Below, one piece after another: positions 13,941 to 27,180 of a DNA stretch of 64,000 bases. How positions within the stretch are numbered: the stretch's first letter is position 1; every line of letters begins with the position of its first letter. Made by a program: the position numbers and the translations under genes. This DNA is from Toensbergia leucococca (Eukaryota): the NCBI GenBank assembly GCA_022813965.1, contig JALDZS010000063.1, forward strand, positions 1 to 64,000. The letters run 5' to 3'. The notes under the pieces were generated by a model, which ran no database searches, was not told the origin of the DNA, and worked only from the letters and a program-made list of their open reading frames with translations.

Positions 13941-14513
13941 TGGGCTGGTCGTCGGCTTTACTGATCCAGTAATGCAGCAAAATCGATTATACTTGATACC
14001 TACGGATAGTCATGATATTCTAACAGTACCTACCTACGGAGTAGTGAGCTAGTCTTATCTTTGGGAGATGATGTCATTCTCGGTTGAATCTGACGGTTTT
14101 TTGGTGACAGACAAGACACAATTTTCACCGGAATAGTCAAACCTTAAATGTGATGCTGCATGTCGAGTTAACGTATGTCTTCCCCAGTCTATCCGTAGGT
14201 TTCCATCACTCGAGACAGCAACTAGATCACCACAGCATTCACAAGTCGGTCACCATGGCCCTGCGAATAAGGAGTGATGACAGAAGCTCTTGTAGCAGAA
14301 TGGAGAGAATTCATGGCGTTGAAGCTGCGAAAATCAAGTGCCAAGAGCGTTGCATGCGTGCCTTGCAAGGATGTGAGGGGCCCACGTTCTCTCGTTACCG
14401 CCTTCCTATGCAGAATAATCAATGTTCATGCATGGCTAGCCTTTCCCCTCACCTGCGGGAGAAATGTTTCTTCGCGGGGGCGAAGTCTCTTGTGCTCAGT
14501 ATCTTTGTGAGAC

Positions 14514-16341
14514 ATGGACAAGGGATTCTCGCTTGAAGAGGCTGGCCCACGGCAACTGGATGAACGCCAAAACAATGGGTTTGAGAAAGACCAGGAGCCG
14601 GAAGCCGGAGTTGTGGATATCAACAGGATTGAGAGAGTCTACAAGTGAGATTCGTGGACTTTGTGCCCCCAGAAAGCTTCTAACATACCATGAATCCAGT
14701 AAGCTTGATCGCCGCATCATACCAGGTACATGAGCGAGTCCTCAAAGTAATCAGAGGAGACTGCTAAAAGATATAGCATTTTGGACGCTCTATTTCCTCT
14801 GCTCTGCCATTCGATCCAATGTCGGATTATCTCAGACCATGAACGAGAAGCAGGGACACGATCTAGCCGAGGAGCTACATCTGAGCCCCAAGCAGATATC
14901 CACAGGTCTTGCATTGTTCTATGTCTGTTACGTGATTTTTGATCTGCCTTCCAATCTCATCATGACGAGGCTCAGCCCACAAGTTTGGATGAGTAGAATA
15001 GTCATTGGTGTTGGCATAATTGGGAGTTGCATGGCAGCCATGAAAGCCGCTTGGAGTCTGTAGTAAGTGACGCAGGATCATCAACGAAGGAAGAAGCTAA
15101 AGCACTGTCTCTTACAGCCTACTTCGTCTTCTACTGGGAATCATTATTGCAGGCATGTGGCCAGGCATGGCTTACTATCTTACGCTCTTCTACCCTCCTT
15201 CTCGTACAGGAAAGAGGATTGGTCAGTATTTCACCGCCGCTCAAGTTTCAGCGTCAGTAGTAGGTCTGGTTTCCGCAGGCTTCCAAAAGATGGATGGCCT
15301 TGGCGGGCTTGTCGGCTTTCAATGGATGTTCTTGCTCTATGGTTTAGTAGGCATCCTCGTTGGTATTAGCCTGTTATGGTGGCTACCGGACCGACCTTTG
15401 CCACCTGGAGAGGAGTACAGTCGTGCTGGCTGGCGTAAATGGTTTCCGCGGAATCAACCTGCTTTGACAGGCGAAGATGCTCGAATCCATTACGATGATC
15501 TGACCCGTGTCTACCATCGTCGAGCCTGGAATGTTCGAGATCTTGTGAACGTGGTTACAGATTGGCGAGTATGGCCTTTGATGATGATGTACTTTGGTGT
15601 AGTCGGCGTTGGCATCGGCGTTCAGAACTACGGAACTGTCATCATTCAAGGAGCAAATCCCAAGTTGACCAGTATACAGCTCAGCTTGCTATTTGCTCCA
15701 ATATGGATAGTATGTTCAAGCTGCGTTCCTCGATTTCTTCCATGTCTACTCGCTAAATCGTCTAGATGGACCTTATCGCCATTCTGCTTGTCACCCCTTT
15801 CTCTGATCGCTTTCATCAACATCGTGCTCTCTTCTTCAGTGTGCCAGTATGCATTCAGATTGCGGGCCTTTTTGTGACAACTTATGCGAAACCCCCGTGG
15901 ACACGGTATGGAGGTCTCTTGATAGTCGGCTTCGGACTGGGGCCGACAGTCCCAATTACCATGACCTGGACGAATGAGATATTCCAGCCCCGCCACGGCG
16001 AGGTCGGCGTTGCAGCTGCTTCTGCTTTGGTGTCTGGGCTGGGTAACCTAGGATCAATTTTGACTACTTATGCTCTTTTCACCGGCTGGCCGTCGGACAG
16101 CGTTAAAGGACCGAAGCAATTTCGAAAGAGCACTTTAGTGATGATTGGGATCTTGTTTCTTTCGATCTTGAGCTCCTTCGTGATGACGCTTCTCCTTCGG
16201 TTCGTAGGCAATGGCCCAGGTGCGAAACAGATCAGTAGCGGAAGTTCAACCAGCGAGGGTGAGGGTGTTATTGTCGATGGTGCTGCAAGGCGTGAAGTCC
16301 AAGAGAGAGGGCTAGGACGCATGTGGTGGTGGAAACGATGA
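14514..16341 (+). CDS. MFS transporter, anion:cation symporter (allantoate/Dal5-Tna1-like) family; about 4 introns
   Basis: Exon 1 MDKGFSLEE...INRIERVYK is followed by KLDRRIIP, LFYVCYVIFDLPSNL, AGMWPG..YYLTLFYP, MDGLGGLVGFQWMFLLYG and multiple TM segments. Confidence 0.9.
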
Positions 16342-16733
16342 AGAAGTAAGGAAGACGATTCAACAAATGAATAACGACGGACCCGCTTGATGTGATAAAA
16401 CAATTTTCCTATTCTTGATACATGTACCTACATGCTTACAGACTCTTCTTCAATCACACTTTCATTTGCTCGATAGCTAGTTACAGACAGCCTGGCATTC
16501 AGTCAGAGGTTGATTCGCTGATCCTTCATCTTCAAACCTTCTACGAGGACATTCACCAAAAATTCAAGATTTCTCAGGATTTCTCATTCATTGCATATTT
16601 TCGCTATTCGCACTGTAATACGCTTCTCCTATCACCTATACCGGCTCATGAAGGTAGATGCGCGCTCCGATCGAAGATCCGAAGTATTCATAATTATCAT
16701 CTTCGTCGCCTTTTAAAGTTTCGTTCATCAATC

Positions 16734-17625
16734 ATGGTTTTTCTTCTTACTGTTGAACTTTTCTCTCTGACGATTATGTTTTCTTCAGCAATCGCCAATC
16801 TCAATACACAAGACTCGTAAGACCTAGCCTTACAAGCGAAATGCCGCACTGATCCAGCTCACAAGTGATTTAGCGATGGAAAACAAAATGGTGTCGATGA
16901 ACACAATGCCACGTTGATGCACTATCATCAGTCCACTGGCAACCCCAAACGAGACGCTGCCTGATTTAGGTATAAACTAATGTTGTATGCATCTAGGCCA
17001 CTGCAGGCCACTGGTCCTTCTTGAAATCCGTATGCCTACGATCTGCTGGAGAAAGCCTAAGCGCACAAGCATTCAAGATCTATTGTCTGAAATTCGCTAT
17101 ATATCTGCCCACACTCGGCCCACCTTCATTACTTATCGCCCCTGAACAACGTCAATACATCTACGATGCCTGCCGATTCAACAAAATCTGCGTCGATAAC
17201 TTCAGCTATCCACCACCCACCAACCGTCCACCAATCATTTCCAATTGCATCAGCACCGATAACTACCGCAAAATTGCCGCTACGCTAGCTGGAGCTTCTT
17301 CCGCACGCATCCAGGTCCCGCAGAGAAGACCTCCGGCTCAGCAGCAGCTAATGGCAGATGCTGTATTGACGAACCCGGATATAAATGTACTTCGGTACAA
17401 GCGCAGTCGATGACGATGGGCGCTCTGAGGCAAGTGTCCACTATCCGAAATACTCCACAATATAGACATCTGCCAGGTCAGGTCTGGAGCTGTGACGATT
17501 GCTTCAACATTGGGCCTGTAGCTGCTCCTGCAGCAATGGACGCCTTGGCAGCCTCTGCGACTCTAGCAGCTGGGTCTATAGGGGCACCAGGGGTACCATA
17601 TTTGACTGGCTTTTTTCCAGTGTAG
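16734..17625 (+). pseudogene. Possible small cysteine-containing secreted-protein gene with an apparent frameshift near 17385
   Basis: A signal-peptide-like MVFLLTVELFSLTIMFSSAIA is followed by gtaag. ORF 17021-17413 (DACRFNKICVD..NCISTDNY..AVLTNPD) continues in another frame as SVQAQSMTMGAL...WSCDDCFNIGP...PYLTGFFPV. Confidence 0.35.
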
Positions 17626-18616
17626 GACCGACCGTAGCTCGCAGGTCATGACCAGTCCCGTATTGGTAGGGTTTATCATCCTATTTGAAGCTTTCAATCA
17701 GAGGATTCTTCCAAGAACAATATACGTCGGCGATTCTTATCAGATTCATCAGCTTTCGCTACCATAGTTCAAAGATGCTCAAAGGAATGTAAGGGTTATT
17801 GTGAGAATGATGAACGACGTCTGCAGCATTGTACAGAATGAATGCTGAGACCAAGATTATAAAAATTTGACAGCAACTGCTAGTAACGTACTCTTACGCG
17901 CTCCATAGCCCCTCATCCAAGCGTTTAGTCTTTCTCGTTATTTGCGATTGAGGTGGCACAAGAAATGAACCGAGTGACCTCGGACCCTGAGGCTGAGATG
18001 ACGAAAAGGTCCCGGTTCTTATGACACGGGTGGTTTCTTTCCAATTCAAGCCTCGATTACTCAGATAAACGCACTACCTAAGTCATCAATGCCTGGTGAT
18101 GCCACCAATGCTGGCGTTACTACCGTGGAAAAGTGTAATTTCGCAATCGAATCTATCTGACTCTTTGCTTGTACAGATGTCTCTGATGTGAATGGGTACT
18201 AGAAGTAGATTGATGGAATGATGGGGATGATGGGAATGATGGGAATGAAAGGACCAAGTCTTTGTCTTGTTCATTCGTTCATTGAAAGGCCTAGAGCTCA
18301 GCCTTTCACCTTTGTGAATTGATTGGTCCAGTCCCGGAGCGGCCACGAAAAACTTGCTCGGTTTGCGCCAGCGCCGTTGTTTAGCGCCACTGACGTATGA
18401 CGTAGCGCCGACCTGCATCATTCGATAATCCCACGATTCCTTCCCTAAGCTTCCGAGCACAAACTATCGCGACATCTTGATTGCCTACCTACCTACCTAC
18501 TTTCTCCCAACAGCTTTCAGTGCAGTTACTCAAAGTCCATCCATCAGCATCAGGTCACCGTTCTACAACTCCTGGTCATCCCTATATCATACATCAATCA
18601 ATAAACATCTTACGCG

Positions 18617-19232
18617 ATGGCTTCCAAGATGATCAACCTCGCCCTCAGAGGCTTGCAGGTACTTTCTTCACTCCCCACCTGTCCCGCACGTCATTAACAT
18701 ACTTTTCAGTTTTTCTGGACTCTATTGATAATGGCCCTTGTCGGTAACATGATTCACGATGCCATATCTGGGAACCCTTCAGTTGTCAATTACGCCATGT
18801 TTGTCGCAGTATTTTCCATGCTGTCACTCATATACCTAATTGCGGCCACACTGAGCGAAGGAATGGCCTTTCATCCCGCGCTTCCATTAGCTGCTGATGC
18901 GCTCAATGTCCTTTTCTTCCTTACCTGCGGTATCGCACTTGCCGCAGAGCTCAAAGTTCACAGCTGTGGCGATGCTGTATGTCTGAATTCAAAGAGACCA
19001 AGGTGCTTTCTTCGTACTAATCATTATCTAGAATTACACAAAATCCAACAGCATCACCGACGGATCTGTCAATCGTGGAAAGCGATGCCATGAAGCTCAA
19101 GCCGTCTGCGCCTTCCTGTGGTTTGGATTTGCGTCATACGTAGGATCATTGATTTTTTCGGGATTGGCGGCCCGTGGTGGAGGCGCAAATCTCGGAATGA
19201 GGAGAGGTTTGCCTGCCATGTCCAGAGTGTGA
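18617..19232 (+). CDS. NCE102: Eisosome MARVEL-domain tetraspan protein Nce102; 2 introns
   Basis: MASKMINLALRGLQ|FFWTLLIMALVGNMI..NPSVVNYAMFVAVFSMLSL..DALN..GIALAAELKVHSC..|..RCHEAQAVCAFLWFG..PAMSRV*. Confidence 0.9.
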
Positions 19233-20826
19233 CCGTCAGGTGAGCAGCATGCTCACTGTCATTGCTGCCACCGTACACGGCAGAGACTGGGCTAATTCAA
19301 AAAGGGATAGGCAAAGTTTGAGTCAGGGGACCGTTGCGGTAAATGAAGCTTACCGTATCCTCCTAATTACCAATCAGAGTTCGATCTCTATCTCTTTTCA
19401 GGAAAATACGGGCGTTAAAATTTCCGAATGCGGGTTGGTATGATGCTTGTGGGCAGCGGTACTTTGCAATATTCTGCAGGTCTAATGTGTATGATTAGAG
19501 AAGTAATGGACGAGAAAAATAATATTAGCCAGAGATACGTCTGGATTGCAGTATCCGTGTATGTTATGAGTATGCCTCGCCATGTTTATGTACACTGTCT
19601 CGAATGCGCCTGGTTCTCGCTTTTCCGTTCCCTTCTGGAATAATTCCGTGGTTGATCCAATTACTTTTTTGTTACACAATGTATCCGAATTCGATGGCGG
19701 CAGCCAATGGCACCCCCACCTCTGGAAAAGCAAACATAGGTCACGGTCGGATAGTCTACCTAGATTCCGATGGCCAGTGCCCATCGAGAGAAATAATCTC
19801 GTGATTGTTCATTTATCTGACGCGAGGCGCACCGTTGGGCCTTCATGCATGACGACGTAACGCCCTCTGCCAGTCATATAACATCAGCCTCGTCGCGGTG
19901 TGTCTCTTTCAACACCGCACGAAGCTTACTATCTTCACCGAAACCAAGTCCTTTGCCCGGTCCATAGTGTCAGGTGCCAATGCATACATTGGCCAATAGA
20001 CCTGGCCTGAGGGTGGTGTCAGGCTGCCAGTTTAAGATGTGTTCGCATTCCCTGGAAATCTGCGCACTTCACTGCTTTCTCTCTTACTCCTGCGGTTATA
20101 TACTATGTCTATTATACAGAAATCTCGAACGCTTCGAGTCATTGGGCATTAGTCTCTTTTCCACGCCGATTAGAACCCATCTCAGACTTGCTCGTCTCCA
20201 CTTTGCTCCTGCATCTCTCCAGAAGAAAACCCCCTCTCACCTAACGCTGTGGGAGATCCGTGGAAGCCAACCAATGCCTGTATGGTCCTGCTTTTCCACC
20301 TGATTTTTTTATATCGCTGTCCAGAAGATCTGCACTTTTCTTTCCTGTGATTTAGCCTTCCAAGGATATCTCGGCTTTCCCTCCGTCCTCACTCCACCAT
20401 CCACTTGGCAACACACCAGGAAGTAGGCCATATACGATCGACTGGGCTCAGTCACAGTGATCTAAGGAGAACAATACCCTCGAGGTCTCGTCATCTTAGC
20501 CAAGCCATTGAGGTTGGTGCAACGTCATTGACCTGCCATAATTTGATCTGTACCGTTAAAAAATCTTCCATTGACGGATTTATCAAGTGCTATCAAATTG
20601 GTATCTTTAACAAAGCTGATCACCGAGGATTTGACAGGCTGGGACATACTTTTAGTGCTGGCTTCAAGGCACCGTCGTTTTAGACTGATTCCCGCATTGC
20701 CGGAGAACATCTTAGGCCTTGGGCAGCCTTGCCAGACTTGAGACGCCAAGCTTACTACACTTTTTATATGTCAATCTCGAAGTTAATCCCTAAAATCCAC
20801 ATCATTGACTCACCCGTTCCAGGCTA

Positions 20827-22436
20827 ATGATCACTTTCGAAGGAATGCATGAAAGGAACCGCAGTACTCCCATATGTTGGAGGGGTGGGGCAACCGGTCC
20901 ATCCTCACCCTGGATACATTCTGATGGACTTCCTGTTTCTGATGACCGTTGGATCGACCCACGGATTCTTGGGTTTCGCCAGCCGGGCATGGATGTGCAA
21001 TCACCTTCTAGGCTAGGCTTGTTTAAGGGTGATACCCCATCCATGGGTCTAGGTAGTCTTGAAATCGAGCACCTTGCATATTCCTTATCTTCGTTTCCCC
21101 TGGGAGGATTTCCAGGGAATGTAACCCAAGGAGTCGATAACCTCTCGGACTTCTCGCAATCGCTAGAGATTTCTAGGCACTTAGACCCTCCTATCTACCC
21201 AACCGGAGGCCAAGTATTTCAGGATTCCTCATTCGGTCCTCGTGTCTACCCAATCGAAGGTCAAGGGTTTCAGGATGTCTCATCGAGTCCATCAACGTTA
21301 TCAGACCCGTTTTCATCTTTCCAAGACTCCTCAAGCCCTGCGGACAGTGAAAGAGTCCAAATCGAGGTAAACAACTGGGAGACAGCACATGGTCATGAGA
21401 GAACATCAAACACCGGAATTTTCCAAACGGAAATGCAAATCGTCCCACATGATAACTACAGACATATATGTCACTTGGATGCTAATGGGCTAAACCATCT
21501 CATGGTAGAAAACGGCCAGAATTCCATGGAACAATTGGTTGGATCCATACCAAAGGTCCACCCCAGTCATGCCCGTCCACCAGGGCAGGGGACTGGGTTA
21601 GTTTCTCATTCACAACAACCCGGGTATATGACTGACTGTACCGCCGTGCCAGCCCCTGAGTACGAGGCTGGCAGAAGGTTTCCGTATCAATCACTAGGGA
21701 CTACGAATAGTTTTCATGCGTCTCCCAGCCCTGGTAGTTCTGACACTAGGAGGCTTAAGTCTGAGCCTTGTGAGCAAACTTCGTTGGAAATACAACCGAT
21801 GGAGACCTCAATGGGAGCCGTGGTAGGAGACCGACCCCTGCCTTCGGAACAACCCCGAAAAGGTATTCAGCGACGCAAGAAGAGGAAGTTCTCGCTCCAG
21901 GAGAAGAGCCGAATCAAGCTTGTCAGAAAGGTCGGTGCATGCAAGGAATGTAGGAAGGGCAAACGACGGGTAACGATACATTTCAACAAGTTTCCCACGT
22001 TGTTGCTCACATAACGACGCAGTGTCCACACGCTACTGCGAGTAATGCATCGACTATTGTAGAGCTTGAGAATTTCAGCTCTTACGAGGCGAATTCCATT
22101 CTCGGAAGCCAAGGCCAGATACTGGAGCCCCCAGATTTGCTTCCAGATAATGAAATACAGAATAAACCACCTCCTACTAAGTTCCATAGTCCGATTACTC
22201 CGAGTGCAGATGGATCTGCTTTGCCAATTCCCTTTCAATCGGTACCGTCATTGGTGGAGATTGGAGAAGTAGAAGTACTTGTATATCAGGATTCTCATGA
22301 AACAGGGTCAGCTTTACTAATTCCTTTGTCGAGAATTCAACAGCTGATCAACACTAGATTGTCCAAACAGAGCTTGCGCTGGTATGCAACGCCTCTCGTG
22401 AACGCACAGGTTGTTCATCCGATATGCGTCTACTAA
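20827..22436 (+). CDS. Putative fungal transcription factor: long disordered region plus basic CxxCx6C-PH partial Zn-cluster motif; intron ~21970-22022; start and 3' end uncertain
   Basis: 395-aa ORF ending RRKKRKFS..IKLVRKVGACKECRKGKRR. After gtaacg..gcag the reading continues CPHATASN... into ORF 22137-22436. Confidence 0.6.
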
Positions 22437-23065
22437 TTTGTTCTTGAAGGGCGGAGCTGCCAACTCGATGAGGGCGAACCTGCAGTCGCGACCATCAGAT
22501 GGCCTGTCTTCGGCGTTCTTCCTGGAGTCGTCATATTCTCCACCAACGCCATAGCTGGACCCAATGGATGGTCAAAATCCATGATCATCAATCACCATTC
22601 CTTCTTCGTGATATGTTGCTTGTATTGTTTCATTTATTTCTGCTTACGCTGGGTGTTTCCTGTATTTTATGTCCAAACTTTTACCATCCTGCCCCCAGAC
22701 TCAGGCTCACCAAGCTTCACATTGGATAGGACAAACTTTCTTTCGGGACGGCGACTTGAAAGAGAGGCTTCGTTTGCATGGAATTAGGAAGCCAGCTTGT
22801 CGTTCCGGTGTTCTATTTCTGGTGTTGTACAAATGCTTGCTTTTTCTCTAGGTACTTCATTTTGGGTCTTTTGGATCGTGCTGTATGGTCTATTGCCGGG
22901 AAAGTATCTCCACTCGCTGTTCTAACAGCATCGAACGACAGACATAGCGAAACCAGACGCCTTGAAATTAGCATACCTCCATCCGACACCCTTGTAGATG
23001 CTCGCTCAGACAATATCTATGCGCTAAATTTGCAACTTCGCCGTACCATATATAGGATGCTTTTT

Positions 23066-23568
23066 TCACAACGTAGCCGCAGCTTCAACAGCCCCTGCTG
23101 CCTTGAAAGTCTTTTCGCTTGTGATAACCACCTCAACAGGGTATTTCCACTCCATAAACTTCGCCCAACCTATATATTCACCATGTACATAAGCCCTCCA
23201 TTCCGTCCTCTTTCAAGGTATGACCACTTACCCCAGTATGCACACTTCCTCCCAAAATACTTCCCCAAGTACGGCACCACCACCATAGTCAACAACAGCT
23301 CCAGCTGCTGCAAACTCTCCTTCCATTCCCTCTCCGCGTCCGATTCTTCTCCCTCTTCTTCGCTGTCGTCAATGTCGTCGCTTTCCGCAGAATCGGGGAG
23401 AGAATCGATCTCGTCTAGATCGGTGGTATAGGAGGGAGAGGCTTCGGGGATTAAGTAAGATTCGGAGTCCGTCATGGACATTGTACGGGATACGGGGGTT
23501 TGGATAGACTGTTGGGGCGAGGGCGCTGCTATCGGTGAGGCAGTGTGCGAGGCATTGATGGAGAGCAC
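23066..23568 (-). CDS. MIM2: Mitochondrial outer membrane import protein Mim2; 1 intron (~23170-23231); start may be a downstream Met
   Basis: An acidic stretch is followed by AEREWKESLQQLELLLTMVVVPYLGKYFGRKCAYW|GWAKFMEWKYPVEV...AAATL*. Confidence 0.78.
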
Positions 23569-23867
23569 TGCTATATTTGCGAGCAGTGGACAGTGATTTG
23601 AGACTCGTCCGTGGTTCTCTGTTACAGGTTAATGATGGGCAAGGGCATCGATTTGAGGTGCATCGAACTTTAGGGCCAATGACGCTTGTGCTGTATACGG
23701 TTAGTCGCATTTTGCTCACCCCAAGCTTCATCTATCCAACCGACCCCGGCGACCAACCGCTACTGCCACGATTCGGGCTTCCTGCGTCAATTCTACACCA
23801 TTCTCTTCAATTCGAGTACGGAAGGCTCAGAAACACCTCCTCGAGGATTCCAGGACCGATATCCAAC

Positions 23868-24362
23868 ATGCCTATAAAACCCATCCAAGGGGTAAGCTCC
23901 CCGCTCCGTTCAAAATAAAGAGAGTTATTCTCAATCCCAGACCCACCTTGTATTAAATACGCCTGATTTGAACCATGCTAACGGATTCGATCAGATGCTG
24001 CGAAGGGGTCTCGTCCTCGATCTCAGCATAGCTTTCGGTAAGCACTCATAATTCTGGGAGCTTCTACAGACACACTATACTTTACTCGTGACGGAACCCG
24101 CAATCCTCAGTGATTTATGATTTCCCTGATTAATCAATTATGCAACAGGTTTGGGGACGTCTATGGGCTTCTTCTACTGGTACGGTAAGTAGACAACGCT
24201 CTCGAGAAAGATGCAAAGACACTGCCATCCTACCCTGCTGGAAACAACACATGCATCCAGACTCATCGCTGGATAGGCTACCATATTCCCGCGACTCGAA
24301 GGCGTGATCAGTTTTACGCGAAACTAGAAGATGAGAGGGCAGAGGCCGCAGGAGTGTTTTAG
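23868..24362 (+). CDS. COX9: Cytochrome c oxidase subunit VIIa (Cox9), about 60 aa, 3 introns; absent from the ORF track
   Basis: Spliced MPIKPIQG|MLRRGLVLDLSIAF|GLGTSMGFFYWY|GYHIPATRRRDQFYAKLEDERAEAAGVF*, matching the yeast Cox9 pattern (I.PITG..RR.I.DI..G...G...A.YWWWGFH...R.KFYA.L). All three introns are gtaag..ag. Confidence 0.88.
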
Positions 24363-25219
24363 ACCTGGTGGACTGGGCAATGGGTCTGGGAGATGAACGA
24401 AACTCGGGAGAATTACTTTACTGGCTTGGAATTGTAAATAGGGGAGTAGGAAGGACGTACAAGCAAGGCGAGATACGGCTTTCTCCCTATTTGATAGGAA
24501 ATCGCTCTTCGTTCACCTGCTCAATCAATTGTGCTACTGTGAGAAGCAACTGTCTTTTCTGAAGAGACTATTTATCAACTTTCATGAACAAGGGGGAGAT
24601 CTCTACTACTAATCTGGTAATGCAAGATGTTTCGGGGGAGGTGCTCTACCCATGCATGCTAGGGGAATTATTTGTCTTGTTACTGCCCATGATTCCTAAC
24701 CCAACCGATGCTTGCTCCTTAGCTTCTGATGTTATTCTCTGGATCAAAGCATTCATGCCGCTCCAGCAGACGAGATCGATTTGTGATTGCCACAATATGG
24801 AAGGGTTTGAGGTCTATACGAGACATCAAAAGTAGCCCTCGAGTGATTGGAGCTTTTCGCACAAGAAGGATAGTCATGAATGGTTGACCCAGAGTCTCAA
24901 GCCTATAGGATCCAATCTATCCATCTTTGCAAAAAGCTGAGATATAACTGCGTCTGTCAGTAAATCTACCTAAGGTAATGGCGATTGGCGGAGTGTTGAA
25001 CGAGCAAGATGATTCATGATATTCGCTAAAGACTATTCTAGCGCCCACAATCCATAGGCTTTCCGCACTGGCACACGAGGAAATCTGACGTCGAACTACA
25101 AGCTTCACCAACTTCGCCGCAGAGACTTTTCAGAGTAAGTGACCAACACCAGCCTTTTACTATAGCTTTATCCCACCCGCCACCAGCTTCAAGGCGTATT
25201 GAAAGCTCCTCTGCCCAGT

Positions 25220-26498
25220 ATGGCGGAGCAATTGGTGATGCGAGGCACCCTTGTGGGCCATAGCGGATGGGTGACAAGCCTGGCAACATCGCTGGAGAAG
25301 TCAGTATAACTTGTCATGAGAGACCAGAAATGGGCTCATCAAAAACAGTCCGAACATGCTTCTCTCTGGTAGCCGCGACAAGACTCTAATCATCTGGAAC
25401 CTCACTCGGGACGAACAAAATTACGGATACCCCAAGCGAAGTCTGCATGGCCACTCCCATATTGTCTCTGATTGTGTACGCTATTCAGACTCCCCTTTTG
25501 AAATACACGTTTCTGAGACTCACGGGTGTCGGCTAGGTAATATCCTCCGATGGCGCCTACGCTCTCTCAGCCTCCTGGGACAAGACTCTCCGTCTCTGGG
25601 AACTCTCCACCGGAGTCACAACCCGCCGTTTCGTCGGCCACACCAACGACGTCCTCTCTGTCTCCTTCTCAGCTGACAATCGCCAAATCGTCTCCGGTTC
25701 CCGCGACCGAACAATCAAGCTATGGAATACACTGGGAGACTGCAAATTCACCATCACCGACAAGGGCCACACCGAATGGGTATCATGTGTGCGCTTCAGC
25801 CCGAATCCTCAGAACCCGGTCATTGTCAGTGCAGGATGGGATAAACTAGTCAAGGTATGCAATACCTTTATTTTCTCTAGAAAATCAATGCATCATTCTA
25901 CACCCGTCAAAGGATGCACAAACAAGATATTTGCTACTTCAGAGCTCCTGAGCTATGAGACAAAACCAATCACCGAAAAAACCACTGATGACAATCTTCT
26001 CCTCGCCCTCCATCAAATGAATAATTTCCCCTAAGAAAACTAACCCCCAACTAACCCGCCCCCAAAATCCAGGTCTGGGAACTCGCCTCCTGCCGCATCC
26101 AAACTGACCACATCGGCCACACCGGCTACATAAACACCGTCACCATCTCCCCCGACGGTTCCCTCTGCGCCTCGGGCGGCAAAGACGGCACAACCATGCT
26201 CTGGGACCTCAACGAATCCAAACACCTCTATTCCCTCTCCGCCGGTGACGAAATCCACGCCCTAGTCTTCTCTCCCAACCGCTACTGGCTCTGTGCCGCC
26301 ACCTCCTCATCGATCATCATCTTTGATTTGGAAAAGAAGAGCAAGGTTGATGAGTTGAAGCCTGAGTATACGGCTGTGGGAAAGAAGAGCCGCGAGCCCG
26401 AGTGTGTGAGCTTGGCGTGGAGTGCGGATGGGCAGACTTTGTTTGCGGGGTATACGGATAATTTGATAAGGGCGTGGGGGGTTATGTCGAGGGCATAG
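25220..26498 (+). CDS. cpc2: RACK1 / Cpc2 / Asc1 G-beta-like WD40 ribosomal protein; 3 introns
   Basis: [72 protein letters not shown] and [21 protein letters not shown]. Confidence 0.97.
25906..25992 (+). ncRNA. snR24: Box C/D snoRNA U24 (snR24) in RACK1 intron 3
   Basis: Terminal stem GTCA...TGAC. The guide ATATTTGCTACT plus CAGA (box D') matches yeast U24 and is complementary to the LSU rRNA segment AGUAGCAAAUAU. Box C' is ATGAGA and box D is CTGA. The yeast ASC1 intron likewise hosts snR24. Confidence 0.88.
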
Positions 26499-26559
26499 GT
26501 CAGATGAGTGATAAGTCCGGTCATAAGAAAGAATTCTAGCTGTGACAATCAATCAAGTT

Positions 26560-27148
26560 CAGTGTGTAATAGCCTTCTTTTACTCCTTGTTCAATACCTT
26601 GCACTTCCTCATGCATACATACCTCCACTCATTCACCCCCCCTAGATCCCTAACCACTCCCCCAAAAAAACGATCTCCCATCTCCCATCCTCAAAACTCA
26701 CTTTACCCAGTAACCCAATCCATCCAAGCCCGATTCACTCCCCTCCCCCCTCAAATCCACCATCCACACCCATATCCATAACCCCATCCACTCAAAATTC
26801 ACCCTTTCCCGCATGATAATCACATCCACCAAAAGACTCCATGCAAACATCCACAACCAGTCACCCGTCATCTCTCAAGAAAGTGAACACACCCCTGTAG
26901 CCCTATCCCAAGAAAGAAATGAGAGAAAGGAGAAAATATATATATAAACCCCCCCTCCCCCCTTCCCCCACCCACAATCCACGTCTCCCTCTCCAAACAG
27001 GCCTAATCGACACCACACCCAAGAGAACAACCATACACACGCACACGCACACATCCACATCCTCCAAGAACCCATACCCGACCCCACCCCCCTCCAAAAA
27101 ACTAGGACCACAAACAACAACAATTTCCCCCCCCCTCTCCATCCACCC

Positions 27149-27180
<32 letters not shown>

